Shown in pieces: positions 8,611-17,513 of a stretch of DNA of 32,329 nucleotides. The stretch is from positions 1 to 32,329 of IMG/VR virus record IMGVR_UViG_3300005758_000042. One strand, 5' to 3'. The notes below the pieces were generated by a model, which did not search any database, had not been told where the DNA came from, and was given only the letters and a program-made list of their open reading frames with translations. Positions within the stretch are counted from its first letter, which is position 1; every line of letters begins with the position of its first letter. A program made the position numbers and the translations under genes. Source of the DNA: a virus (taxonomy: Duplodnaviria; Caudoviricetes).

Positions 8611-9398
8611 GAATCCTTGTCATACCCGATTGTCAAGTCAAGCAAGGTGTTCCTCTGGAGCATCTTTCTTGGGCTGGTCAGGCTATTACGGATTACCGTC
8701 CTGACGTTATCGTTAACATCGGTGACTTTGCTGATATGCCTAGTCTGTCTTCCCACGATATTAAAGGCTCCAAGTACTTTGAAGGGCTTAGGTACAAGTC
8801 TGATGTTGACGTTACGAAGCAAGCTATGAAAATGCTTCTAAAGCCTCTTAAAGACCTACAGAATCGTCAGAAGAAGAACAAGGAGAAAGTTTATAAGCCT
8901 CGTATGGTGCTCACCCTAGGGAATCATGAGAACCGTATCGACAGGGCTGTAAACAATAACCCTACTCTTGAAGGTTTGATCTCAACAAAGGACTTAGGCT
9001 ATGAAGCTGACTGGGAAGTTCATCAATTCCTGCATCCAGTGTTCATTAATGGTGTTGGCTTCAATCATTATTGGCCTGTGGGCGCTATGGGAAGACCGGC
9101 TGGTTCTCCTGCTGCTATTATCTCTAAGCTGCATATGTCTTGCGTTGCCGGACATCAGCAGGGTAAACAAGTCGCATACGGGAAACGAGCAGATGGTAAG
9201 CCAATTACCGCCATTGTTGTGGGTAGCTATTACCTTCATGATGAGTCTTATATGGATCAGCTTAGTAATAGACATTGGCGTGGTTTACTTATCATGAATG
9301 AGGTAGAAGACGGTCATTTTGATGAGATGTTTTTGAGTATCGAATATTTGGAGAAGAAATATGGACAATTGGACACCGTTTCACAAGCCAACAAATGA
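8607..9398 (+). CDS. Calcineurin-like metallophosphoesterase
   Basis: IPDCQ; IGDFAD; LGNHE; FNH; AGHQQ. Confidence 0.9.
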   Translation: MRILVIPDCQVKQGVPLEHLSWAGQAITDYRPDVIVNIGDFADMPSLSSHDIKGSKYFEGLRYKSDVDVTKQAMKMLLKPLKDLQNRQKKNKEKVYKPRMVLTLGNHENRIDRAVNNNPTLEGLISTKDLGYEADWEVHQFLHPVFINGVGFNHYWPVGAMGRPAGSPAAIISKLHMSCVAGHQQGKQVAYGKRADGKPITAIVVGSYYLHDESYMDQLSNRHWRGLLIMNEVEDGHFDEMFLSIEYLEKKYGQLDTVSQANK

Positions 9399-9660
9399 TC
9401 AAATAGAAGACTATATGAAATCCTTGGAAATTTATAAAGAAATGCCCCAAAAAGGTGCTAATTCTAAGCAAGTAGCAGGCAGTCACTATAGTGACAAAGA
9501 TATTCAGCCTTGGGACTTCATTCATGCAAATAACCTTGGCTATTTTGAGGGAAACTGTGTAAAATACGTGTCCCGCTGGAAAGACAAGGGCGGTATAGAA
9601 GACCTCAAGAAAGCCATCCACTATCTTGAAAAGCTGATTGAACTAGAACAAGGAAAATAA
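9361..9660 (+). CDS. DUF3310 protein (T7 gp1.7-related, putative nucleotide kinase)
   Basis: QVAGSHY...IQPWDFI...GNCVKYVSRWKDKGGIEDLKKAIHYLEKLIE. Confidence 0.88.
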   Translation: MDNWTPFHKPTNDQIEDYMKSLEIYKEMPQKGANSKQVAGSHYSDKDIQPWDFIHANNLGYFEGNCVKYVSRWKDKGGIEDLKKAIHYLEKLIELEQGK

Positions 9661-11558
9661 TGACCCCATACCAGACTTATATTGCTAAATCCCGTTATAG
9701 CCGCTTCCTGGACAATAAAGGACGCCGAGAGCACTGGGATGAAACCGTGGCTCGGTACTTTAACTTCATGGAAAAGCACCTTCAAGACAAGCACCAATAC
9801 ACCCTCAGTCCTGCCCTTCGGCATGAGCTTGAGCAGGCTGTACTGAACCTTGAGGTTATGCCCTCTATGCGGTCTATTATGACTGCTGGAGATGCCCTGG
9901 AGCGTCAGAATATCGCTGGCTATAACTGTTCCTATCTGCCTATTGATGATCCTAAAGCCTTTGATGAGGCTATGTACATCCTCTTGTGTGGTACAGGTGT
10001 AGGCTTTAGCGTGGAGCAGAAATATGTTAACAAACTACCAGAAATTCCTGAAAAACTGTACGACAGCAATACTGTTGTGGTTGTTAAAGACTCCAAAGAA
10101 GGATGGGCGAAAGCACTTCGTCAAGTTATTGCACTTCTGTACGCTGGAGAGGTTCCAAAGTGGGATGTATCCGCAGTTCGTCCTGCCGGTACACGCCTTA
10201 AGACCTTTGGGGGCCGTGCATCCGGACCTGAGCCGTTGGTCGAACTGTTCAAGTATGTCGTTGGTAAGTTCAAGTCTGCTGTGGGCCGTAAGCTGCACAC
10301 AATCGAGTGTCATGACATTCTGTGTAAAATCGGGGAAGTTGTTGTCGTTGGTGGAGTGCGCCGATCAGCAATGATCTCTCTGTCTGACCTTGGTGATGAT
10401 CGTATGGCTCACGCTAAGGCAGGTAACTGGTGGGATGGTAACGGTCAACGAGCCTTGGCTAACAACAGTGCTGTTTACGAGGTTAAGCCAGATGTAGGCC
10501 AGTTCATGCGTGAATGGTCCAATATCTATGAATCCCACTCAGGTGAACGAGGAATCTTTAATCGGTATGCGTCAGAGAATCAAGCAAGCAAGAACGGACG
10601 CCGTGTCTTGGGTAAAGAATGGGGTACAAACCCTTGTAGTGAAATTATTCTTCGTCCTTACCAGTTTTGTAATCTATCCTCTGTTATTGTTCGTAACGGC
10701 GATGATATGGATCGACTTCGTAACAAGGTGCGTTTGGCAACGATTCTGGGAACTTTTCAATCGACCATGACTAACTTCCCGTACCTGCGGAAGATCTGGC
10801 AGACTAACACCGAGGAAGAGCGTCTCTTGGGCGTATCTATGACAGGTATTCTGGATAATCCGCTGCTAAACGGAGCCTATGACTTGGATCTGCCTAAACG
10901 ACTTGAGGAATTGAAGAATGTTGCTATTGACACAAACGCTCGGATGGCTAACGATATTGGTATCCCTGCTAGTGCCGCTATTACTTGTGTTAAACCGGAA
11001 GGCACTGTATCTCAACTCACGGGAACTGCTAGTGGTATCCATCCCCAGCATAGTCAGTTTTACATTCGCCGTGTGCGTTCTGACAACAAAGATCCTCTGA
11101 CCAACTTCCTGAAGTCTCAGGGATTCCCGTCTGAGCCGTGTGTTATGAAGCCTGATTCCACCACGGTGTTCAGCTTTCCGCAGAAGGTTGGTGAAGGTGC
11201 TGTACTACGGGAGGATCTGTCAGCTATTGAGCATTTGGACCTGTGGCTGGTATTCCAGAAGCATTGGTGTGAACATAAGCCTTCTGTGACCATCTCTGTG
11301 AATGAATCAGAGTGGCCTACGGTGGGTGCATGGACTTGGGATCACTTCGATGAGGTCACTGGCGTGTCTTACCTGCCTTATGATGGTGGTACGTATCGTC
11401 AGGCTCCTTATGAAGAGATTACTCATCTTGAGTATGAGAACCTAATGGACGATATGCCTAAGTTTATCGACTGGGACGCCTTCATGGAAGGTACTGACAA
11501 CGTAGAGGGTGCTCAGATGCTATCCTGCACCGCAGGGGCTTGTGAGATTGCTTTCTAA
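9660..11558 (+). CDS. nrdJ: Class II adenosylcobalamin-dependent ribonucleotide reductase
   Basis: YNCSY; GGVRRSA; TNPCSEI; FCNLS; VKPEGTVSQL; C-terminal CTAGAC; no beta-subunit gene in the window. Confidence 0.93.
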   Translation: MTPYQTYIAKSRYSRFLDNKGRREHWDETVARYFNFMEKHLQDKHQYTLSPALRHELEQAVLNLEVMPSMRSIMTAGDALERQNIAGYNCSYLPIDDPKAFDEAMYILLCGTGVGFSVEQKYVNKLPEIPEKLYDSNTVVVVKDSKEGWAKALRQVIALLYAGEVPKWDVSAVRPAGTRLKTFGGRASGPEPLVELFKYVVGKFKSAVGRKLHTIECHDILCKIGEVVVVGGVRRSAMISLSDLGDDRMAHAKAGNWWDGNGQRALANNSAVYEVKPDVGQFMREWSNIYESHSGERGIFNRYASENQASKNGRRVLGKEWGTNPCSEIILRPYQFCNLSSVIVRNGDDMDRLRNKVRLATILGTFQSTMTNFPYLRKIWQTNTEEERLLGVSMTGILDNPLLNGAYDLDLPKRLEELKNVAIDTNARMANDIGIPASAAITCVKPEGTVSQLTGTASGIHPQHSQFYIRRVRSDNKDPLTNFLKSQGFPSEPCVMKPDSTTVFSFPQKVGEGAVLREDLSAIEHLDLWLVFQKHWCEHKPSVTISVNESEWPTVGAWTWDHFDEVTGVSYLPYDGGTYRQAPYEEITHLEYENLMDDMPKFIDWDAFMEGTDNVEGAQMLSCTAGACEIAF

Positions 11559-11567
11559 GGAACCAAG

Positions 11568-11732
11568 ATGCAAGTTGAATTTGAATTCAAAGCAGGGCTT
11601 GTATTTGGCCTAGAAGCTGATAAAATCCTGGTATTGCCTGAAGAGGGAGAACCAGACTTTGAATCTGAACCTAATGAAGTGATTTATCTCCATCTAGGGA
11701 TCATATCCATAGCTTTTATTCTTGGTGTGTAG
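11568..11732 (+). CDS. 54-aa hypothetical protein (not in ORF track)
   Basis: MQVEFEFKAGLVFGLEADKILVLPEEGEPDFESEPNEVIYLHLGIISIAFILGV*; AAGGA SD; last gene before the terminator. Confidence 0.7.
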   Translation: MQVEFEFKAGLVFGLEADKILVLPEEGEPDFESEPNEVIYLHLGIISIAFILGV

Positions 11733-11737
11733 TAACT

Positions 11738-11765
11738 TAAAAGGCCCCTTACGGGGCCTCTTTTA
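11738..11765. terminator. Bidirectional rho-independent terminator between the two arms
   Basis: AAA-AGGCCCC-TTAC-GGGGCCT-CTTTT; A-tract on one side and T-tract on the other; lies between convergent stop codons. Confidence 0.9.
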
Positions 11766-12218
11766 TGCTATCAATGAACATTCAACTGTTCGTCTCTTAA
11801 CCAGTCCTGGGAGGATTCTACCGCCTCCTTTGACCCACTTCATCAGCTCTTCCTTTGCTCCTTCTTTATCCCCTGCTTGGATACGCTTACGAAGGGTAGA
11901 AGACTGTAATTGACCAGATCCAAGGTTGTAGACAAAATCCATGATAGCTGCTACAGCTCCTGGACCCCAATCGCTTAGGTTAGGACACAGCTTCAGGACT
12001 TTAGGTAGACAGTTCTTCTCCAGCTCCCACATGAGTAGCTGTTCAGCCCTCTCACGTGTGATAGGAGGGTCTGCCAAAGTCACCCGAGTACCATTCTCAT
12101 AGAATGTTGATCCTACACCGATGGTAGGTATTCCAGCAGGACAGAGATAAGGCTTTAGATACACTCCTTCAAAGAGGATACAAAGCCTTTTAGCTATCTC
12201 TATAGGGTTATTTTCCAC
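11763..12218 (-). CDS. GH24 lysozyme (endolysin), start moved to GTG 12218
   Basis: FEGVYLKPYLCPAGIPTIGVGST (E-x8-C-x5-T); FVYNLG; SSTL; KWVKGGGRILPGLVKRR. Confidence 0.95.
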   Translation of the reverse strand: MENNPIEIAKRLCILFEGVYLKPYLCPAGIPTIGVGSTFYENGTRVTLADPPITRERAEQLLMWELEKNCLPKVLKLCPNLSDWGPGAVAAIMDFVYNLGSGQLQSSTLRKRIQAGDKEGAKEELMKWVKGGGRILPGLVKRRTVECSLIA

Positions 12219-12672
12219 GACCCAGTGCTCGATTAGCAAAGAAGAAGCCAAGAACCACACCAGCAAGGGAGAGATCCCAGTCTTGCATAACAAAGTGCTG
12301 CTCATTGAGCTTCAAGCACCACAGAACCAACACAATGGTAGCCGCAGCAGGACGAATTAGCCCATTCCAGGCATCTACAAAGGTGATTCCAGTAGGCTGG
12401 AAAGCACTCTTCATGGCCTCTGTAAAAGCATCTGCCTCTACTTGGTCAATATGCGACTGAGCCTGAGCTTCAATGGTCTTGATTCCTAGTTCATTCTGAA
12501 GCCTTAGAGCCTCTTGCATACGCTGGTGAGCACGATCATCCAACTCAGCCTGGAGCTGCATCCTGGCTTGCTCAAACTCATGATCTTGCTTCTTTGTATG
12601 CCATGCAGACATCTCACCCCAGATCATACGGAATACAGAGCCACCTAGGAAGGATAGGAGAGCTTCTAACAT
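12208..12672 (-). CDS. Holin-like membrane protein
   Basis: N-terminal hydrophobic segment, coiled coil, NGLIRP plus two TM segments, GFFFANR; directly upstream of the endolysin. Confidence 0.65.
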   Translation of the reverse strand: MLEALLSFLGGSVFRMIWGEMSAWHTKKQDHEFEQARMQLQAELDDRAHQRMQEALRLQNELGIKTIEAQAQSHIDQVEADAFTEAMKSAFQPTGITFVDAWNGLIRPAAATIVLVLWCLKLNEQHFVMQDWDLSLAGVVLGFFFANRALGRGK

Positions 12673-12830
12673 TATTTCTTCTCTCCTATCTTATTCAACA
12701 AGTCAAACAGGGTCTTAACCTTCTCTTCAAGCACTGCCACACGAAGATCCAACTTAGACAGAACAATGATTAGAGTGATAATGGCTAGCAACATAGGCCA
12801 GCCTTTAGCTAGTAGATCAAATAGTTCCAT
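12672..12830 (-). CDS. 52-aa single-TM protein in the lysis cassette (not in ORF track)
   Basis: MELFDLLAKGWPMLLAIITLIIVLSKLDLRVAVLEEKVKTLFDLLNKIGEKK*; TAATG overlap with the next gene. Confidence 0.7.
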   Translation of the reverse strand: MELFDLLAKGWPMLLAIITLIIVLSKLDLRVAVLEEKVKTLFDLLNKIGEKK

Positions 12831-12832
12831 AG

Positions 12833-14944
12833 TTATTGTCCTACCAAGCTAGAGGTTTGAGGAACAGTAAATGATTGAATAAAGGCAGCACGAGTTGGCT
12901 CATCCATGACTTTCATTAGCGATGAAACAAAATCGTTAACTTTACCTTTCTTTATATCAGTAGACATAAAGGTAGCCATGCCTTTAGGATCAAGCATAAG
13001 TTCTGTCATCTTGTTATTAAACTCTTTGGCATTACCACGCTGAAGATGTTCAATACCTGCACGAAGAACTGACACAGTACGGCTCAAAAGGCTTGGGATT
13101 TCTTTGGTAATATCTGCCTGTCCCTCTGGAAGGTTAGACACCTTCTTAGCAGCTTGGCCTGCTTGAGTTGCTCGTTTTAGGTCTTCTAGAACACCGTTTA
13201 CAGAAGCTACCTCGCGTGGGGTAAGAATATCCGACAGTTTTTCGTATCTAGGAATTCCAGTAGCCCCTTTAATGGTTCCAGCAGCGTTCTCAACAGCCGT
13301 AGCAAAGACACCTGCTCGTTCTTTGTCAAGAGGAGTCTGAAGCTTCTTAGACAGATAATCCCCAATCTCCATACGATTAAGTTTAGTACTATAGTCTACA
13401 TAGGAATCAAGGTATTTCTTCCAGATTCCTCCTGAAGATTTATCAATTGCAGCGTCAATAAACGATTTTACATTAGCTGCGGTTTTAGCAGCTTGTTGAG
13501 GTAGCCCCCCTTGAGCAAACTTCTGACCTTGCTGAAGAAAAGATTCAATATCTTGATTCAATGTTTTACGTACATTATCGTATAGGTCTTGACTACTCAA
13601 AATACCATTATCATCAGCTTTAGACAATATCTTTTGTTTTGCAAATTCCAGTACTTGCTTAGATAGATCAGACGATGTTCCTTTTATTGCTTTATCAATC
13701 TGAGCTGCAATATCAGATGCTTTTAGCGGAAATACTCCAGATTCAGCCAGAGAAGTAAGTTGAAGTTGTTTCAGTTGAGAAGCTGTTTGATCTGCAATTT
13801 CTTTAATTGAACGTGTTTGCTCTTGAACAGCCGTATTAAAGCCAGGATATGGAAGATTTGATGCTTCTTCAGCTTGTTTAACCAATTGTCCTGCTTTGGT
13901 CATAACCTGCTTATCAATACCATTGATAATGTTCTGAGCTTCATCTGCTTTTGCGATAGCTTGATCCCGCAATTCACCAGTAACTTGACCACGTTCAAGA
14001 GCCAAATTAGTACGTTCTACCTCTGTTTTAGCAATATCTTGAAGAGCACGTACTCGTGCAGCTTGCTGCTCAGCAGAACGCTCAGCAAACTTAGCTGCTT
14101 GTCCTGGCTTAGTTGAAAGCTTACTTTGAGCAGCCGCCAATTCAACAGCAGAAGGAATATCAGACAGTGCTTCAGCAACAGTGGGACGAGAGCCTGAAAC
14201 AAGCTCTTTAGCGTCTCTCAAAGCTTCGATAACCTTGGTTTTATCTTCTCCCGCCAAGTTATCAACATACTTTTTCATAGCCGCTTCACGACCAGCAGGA
14301 GTCAAGCCTTTCAGCATACCTGCCAAAGCACCGACAGCTTTAATGCCACCTTCAGTCAAAGGACCAAGAACAGCTCCAGTAGCCATTTGTTCTAACTTGG
14401 CTTCTGCAACATCTTTACCAGTTCCTGTAACAGGCTGAAAAGCCGCTAGGCCAGCTCCAGTGGCTGCGGAACTGCCTATCTTGGAGATAAGCCCACCAGC
14501 TTGAGCAGGAGCTTGTGCGGCCCCTACAAGACGGTTAACAGGACTCACAATATTACCAAGCAGCTGATAAGGATCAAAACCAGTGCTACCAACACGGGCA
14601 CGTCCTGCCTCAGTTGCTTGTTCAGTCTGCTGAACCAGACGATTAGCTCCTGCCTTAATGTCCTGACCAAAAAGACCAGTATTAGCCAGCATCTGGTTAA
14701 CTGCCAAAGCAGGATCTACAATGGCTCCCTTTAGAGTACGGGCAATAGGACTACCAGCACCAAACATTTGCTCCATCGTAGACGGAGCTTCTTGTTGAGC
14801 AGGGGGAGCTTTAGCAGCTTGCCCAGGAATACCAGCAGTAGGAGCAGGAGTAGATTGTCCTTTCAAAGCAGCAGCAATCTGAGCATCTGACATATTGTCA
14901 GGAAACTCAATAGTCTCTCCATTAAATTCAATATACTGAGGCAT
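12833..14944 (-). CDS. Probable internal virion/DNA ejection protein
   Basis: 703 aa, Ala/Gln-rich and helical with Gly-rich hydrophobic patches; third of three genes downstream of the tail genes. Confidence 0.65.
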   Translation of the reverse strand: MPQYIEFNGETIEFPDNMSDAQIAAALKGQSTPAPTAGIPGQAAKAPPAQQEAPSTMEQMFGAGSPIARTLKGAIVDPALAVNQMLANTGLFGQDIKAGANRLVQQTEQATEAGRARVGSTGFDPYQLLGNIVSPVNRLVGAAQAPAQAGGLISKIGSSAATGAGLAAFQPVTGTGKDVAEAKLEQMATGAVLGPLTEGGIKAVGALAGMLKGLTPAGREAAMKKYVDNLAGEDKTKVIEALRDAKELVSGSRPTVAEALSDIPSAVELAAAQSKLSTKPGQAAKFAERSAEQQAARVRALQDIAKTEVERTNLALERGQVTGELRDQAIAKADEAQNIINGIDKQVMTKAGQLVKQAEEASNLPYPGFNTAVQEQTRSIKEIADQTASQLKQLQLTSLAESGVFPLKASDIAAQIDKAIKGTSSDLSKQVLEFAKQKILSKADDNGILSSQDLYDNVRKTLNQDIESFLQQGQKFAQGGLPQQAAKTAANVKSFIDAAIDKSSGGIWKKYLDSYVDYSTKLNRMEIGDYLSKKLQTPLDKERAGVFATAVENAAGTIKGATGIPRYEKLSDILTPREVASVNGVLEDLKRATQAGQAAKKVSNLPEGQADITKEIPSLLSRTVSVLRAGIEHLQRGNAKEFNNKMTELMLDPKGMATFMSTDIKKGKVNDFVSSLMKVMDEPTRAAFIQSFTVPQTSSLVGQ

Positions 14945-14952
14945 ACGCTTCC

Positions 14953-16149
14953 TTAAATTGCTTCAAACTGTCCGGTAGCAGGATTAAATCGTCTTGTTGC
15001 TTTCGGTGTCTTAGGAGCAGTGGGGGCATTAGCTGTTAGGTTTTTACCGCCACGCTCTGCGCTATAGAGTTCCAAAGATTGCATATCAGAATCTTTAGCA
15101 TCTTCAAGAATCTTCTTCAATCCCTGCAAGCCACGTTTAACGGCCTTTTCATCGTTCTTGTTCAATCCTTCAATAATCTGTTTCTCAGCACGTTTAGCAT
15201 CTCCTTCAGTCTGAGCGCCTTTAGCCAGATTAAGAATACTATTTACAGCTCCGGAAACAAACTGTTCAAACTCTACTTTATTCAAGTCAGAAGTATTGGA
15301 TTTACCCAGAACCTTACGAACAACGCCTAGAGCATTCTCACCTGCTCCAAACTTCATTTCACCTTTGTCAATCTTGTTGATGAAATCATCGGCTTGATCA
15401 ATGGTGGAAGTAGTTGACCGAATATTCGCATTAATCTTGTTAATGTCTTTAATCTCGGTAGCAGACAAAGGTTTGTTTTGATTGTTCTTCAAAGAAGCAA
15501 CCAAAGCAGCCAAATCAGCACGATCCTGAGCACGAAGACGGTCACGCTCAAGCTCGTGTTCACGTTGTTTAGCTTTTTCTTCCTGTGTCATTTCACGTTG
15601 AGCTTTTTTATCTTGAGACAACTGCAAAGCCTGAAGAACTTTGCTAGGATCACCATAACGAGAAACAACAGCCATGATTTCTTTTTCTGTTGCGTCCGGT
15701 CCAAGTTCACCAAGAGCTTTACGGAGTTGGTCTTCACGATCAAAAGCTTGAAGTTCTTTACTGGTTTTAGCAGCCGTCAAAGACGCTTGAGCTTCTTGCT
15801 GTTTACGGGCTGTAATGGTTTGACCTAGCTGAGCGGCCTCTCCTGAAAACCCGTTCTGTTGGAGACGACTGGCAAACTCTTCAAGCCCTTTCGTTGTGGT
15901 TACATCAATGCCGCTAGCCATTTGACGAAGCATCGTGGCACGTTTAATAGACGGATCTTGAATATCCACACCAGCGGCCTGTGCCAAACCTTGACCAAGA
16001 CCTGCACCGGCTTTATAACCCATAAAAGCTAGCTGCTGAGAAGGAGCAAGTTGAGCAAACTGAGTAGCACGAGACTCGGTAAGTTGACGCTGTTGCTCCT
16101 CAGGAGTAAGAACTCCACCAAAGAGTCCAGAAATATCTGCTGTAGCCAT
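14953..16149 (-). CDS. Probable internal virion/ejection protein
   Basis: 398 aa, coiled-coil, ejectosome gene position. Confidence 0.6.
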   Translation of the reverse strand: MATADISGLFGGVLTPEEQQRQLTESRATQFAQLAPSQQLAFMGYKAGAGLGQGLAQAAGVDIQDPSIKRATMLRQMASGIDVTTTKGLEEFASRLQQNGFSGEAAQLGQTITARKQQEAQASLTAAKTSKELQAFDREDQLRKALGELGPDATEKEIMAVVSRYGDPSKVLQALQLSQDKKAQREMTQEEKAKQREHELERDRLRAQDRADLAALVASLKNNQNKPLSATEIKDINKINANIRSTTSTIDQADDFINKIDKGEMKFGAGENALGVVRKVLGKSNTSDLNKVEFEQFVSGAVNSILNLAKGAQTEGDAKRAEKQIIEGLNKNDEKAVKRGLQGLKKILEDAKDSDMQSLELYSAERGGKNLTANAPTAPKTPKATRRFNPATGQFEAI

Positions 16150-16158
16150 TATTACTCC

Positions 16159-17283
16159 TTAATCGTAACCTGTGATAAGATTACCGCTTTCGTCAATATA
16201 AGCGGACATATCTTGCTGAGGAATGGTATTAGTATTCAACCAACTAAAATCATTCCCAGCAGGACTTCCTGTATATGTTCCTCCAGTATACGTGCCGCTA
16301 GTCAAAGAAGCAATCAATTTGGAGACAGGATCACTCAATCCAGCAATTCCACCAGCAACTGCTTGTTGCTTCATCGTAGCAGCTTGTTGCAGACGGTTAT
16401 TTGCATTAGTAGCGGCAGTCTGAAGAGCGTTTGCAACCTGAGCACCAGCAGTGGACTGTTTAGCACCCAAAGCAGAGGAAACATCAAGAGGATTCTGTCC
16501 CAAACCTTCAATAGACCCTGCACCAGCCAAATAGTTTGTATACGGAGCCAAAGCAGCAACCTGATACTGGGGAACCTGATTCAATAGGTTAGCGCCGGTA
16601 GAGAACAAGCCAGCACCATAGGTAGTCTGTTGTTGACCCTGTTGCATTGCTTGAGCAGCCAACTGAGCATCTTGCTGAGCTTGAGCATTATACAATGCCT
16701 GCAACTGAGGGTTAGAAGCCCCCATAGCCACACTACCACCAGCACCAGAGGTAGCACCAACGCCTAGACCCAGTCGACCTTGTTGGAACTGCTGATTGGT
16801 GGTCTGAGCCAGTTGCTGTTCACGCCCAGGCTGAAGCAGTGCTTGTTGCTGTTGCATCCAATTCTGAGCAGCGGCTTGAGGCGAAGTAGCCAAATAACCT
16901 TGACCGAGATTAAACAGACTCTGAGCAGCCTGACCCACAGGAGCAATTTGACCGGCTGCCTGTGTTGCTTGTTCCAGATTAGTGCCTGCCTGACCGATAA
17001 GACGCTCACGCATTGCAGCAATATCAGGAGCAACCTGATAGCCAGCACCAGTCAAGCGGCCTTGGTCATCATAGGTGAAGCCACTCGTACCAAAACGAGA
17101 GGTAACACCGACAGGACGGAACTGAGCAGCTGTAGCAGCCTGTTGACCAGCAGCCAAAAGCTTATTGGCTAGGTCAGTCTGTTGATTAGCTCCATATTGA
17201 GCAGCAAGATAAGTACCGAGAGCATTAATGCCTCCGCTGAGCAGGCCAGCCGTAGGATCAGTAGTAGTTGCTGTCGTTGCCAT
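16159..17283 (-). CDS. Probable DNA pilot/ejection protein
   Basis: 374 aa, very rich in Q/A/G with a Gly-rich hydrophobic N-terminus. Confidence 0.65.
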   Translation of the reverse strand: MATTATTTDPTAGLLSGGINALGTYLAAQYGANQQTDLANKLLAAGQQAATAAQFRPVGVTSRFGTSGFTYDDQGRLTGAGYQVAPDIAAMRERLIGQAGTNLEQATQAAGQIAPVGQAAQSLFNLGQGYLATSPQAAAQNWMQQQQALLQPGREQQLAQTTNQQFQQGRLGLGVGATSGAGGSVAMGASNPQLQALYNAQAQQDAQLAAQAMQQGQQQTTYGAGLFSTGANLLNQVPQYQVAALAPYTNYLAGAGSIEGLGQNPLDVSSALGAKQSTAGAQVANALQTAATNANNRLQQAATMKQQAVAGGIAGLSDPVSKLIASLTSGTYTGGTYTGSPAGNDFSWLNTNTIPQQDMSAYIDESGNLITGYD

Positions 17284-17513
17284 TAGTAAGTCCCTCCGTC
17301 TACGGTGGCGGTAAATGTTCCAGAAACAGTCAGGTTCACTGCCGTTGCGTCACCTGTCAGTGCAATGTTGTTAGCATCAGCTTTTGAGGCAATCGCAGAA
17401 GCAATATTGTCAAACTCCGTGTCAATCTCAGTACCTTTAACAAGCTTTGCAGGGTTGCCTGTCTCCAGCGCATCCTTTGCCGCAAAGTTAGTACTTTTCG
17501 TATAGTTACTCAT
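17283..17513 (-). CDS. Short tail-fibre anchor/adaptor protein
   Basis: 76 aa directly after the nozzle gene; EIDTEFDNIASAIASKAD helix; ends TVDGGTY. Confidence 0.55.
   Translation of the reverse strand: MSNYTKSTNFAAKDALETGNPAKLVKGTEIDTEFDNIASAIASKADANNIALTGDATAVNLTVSGTFTATVDGGTY

Noticed and set aside
12219-12305. N-terminal SAR-like extension on the endolysin
   Set aside because: Arises from an upstream ATG inside the holin-like gene; GTG 12218 gives a normal-length GH24 enzyme.
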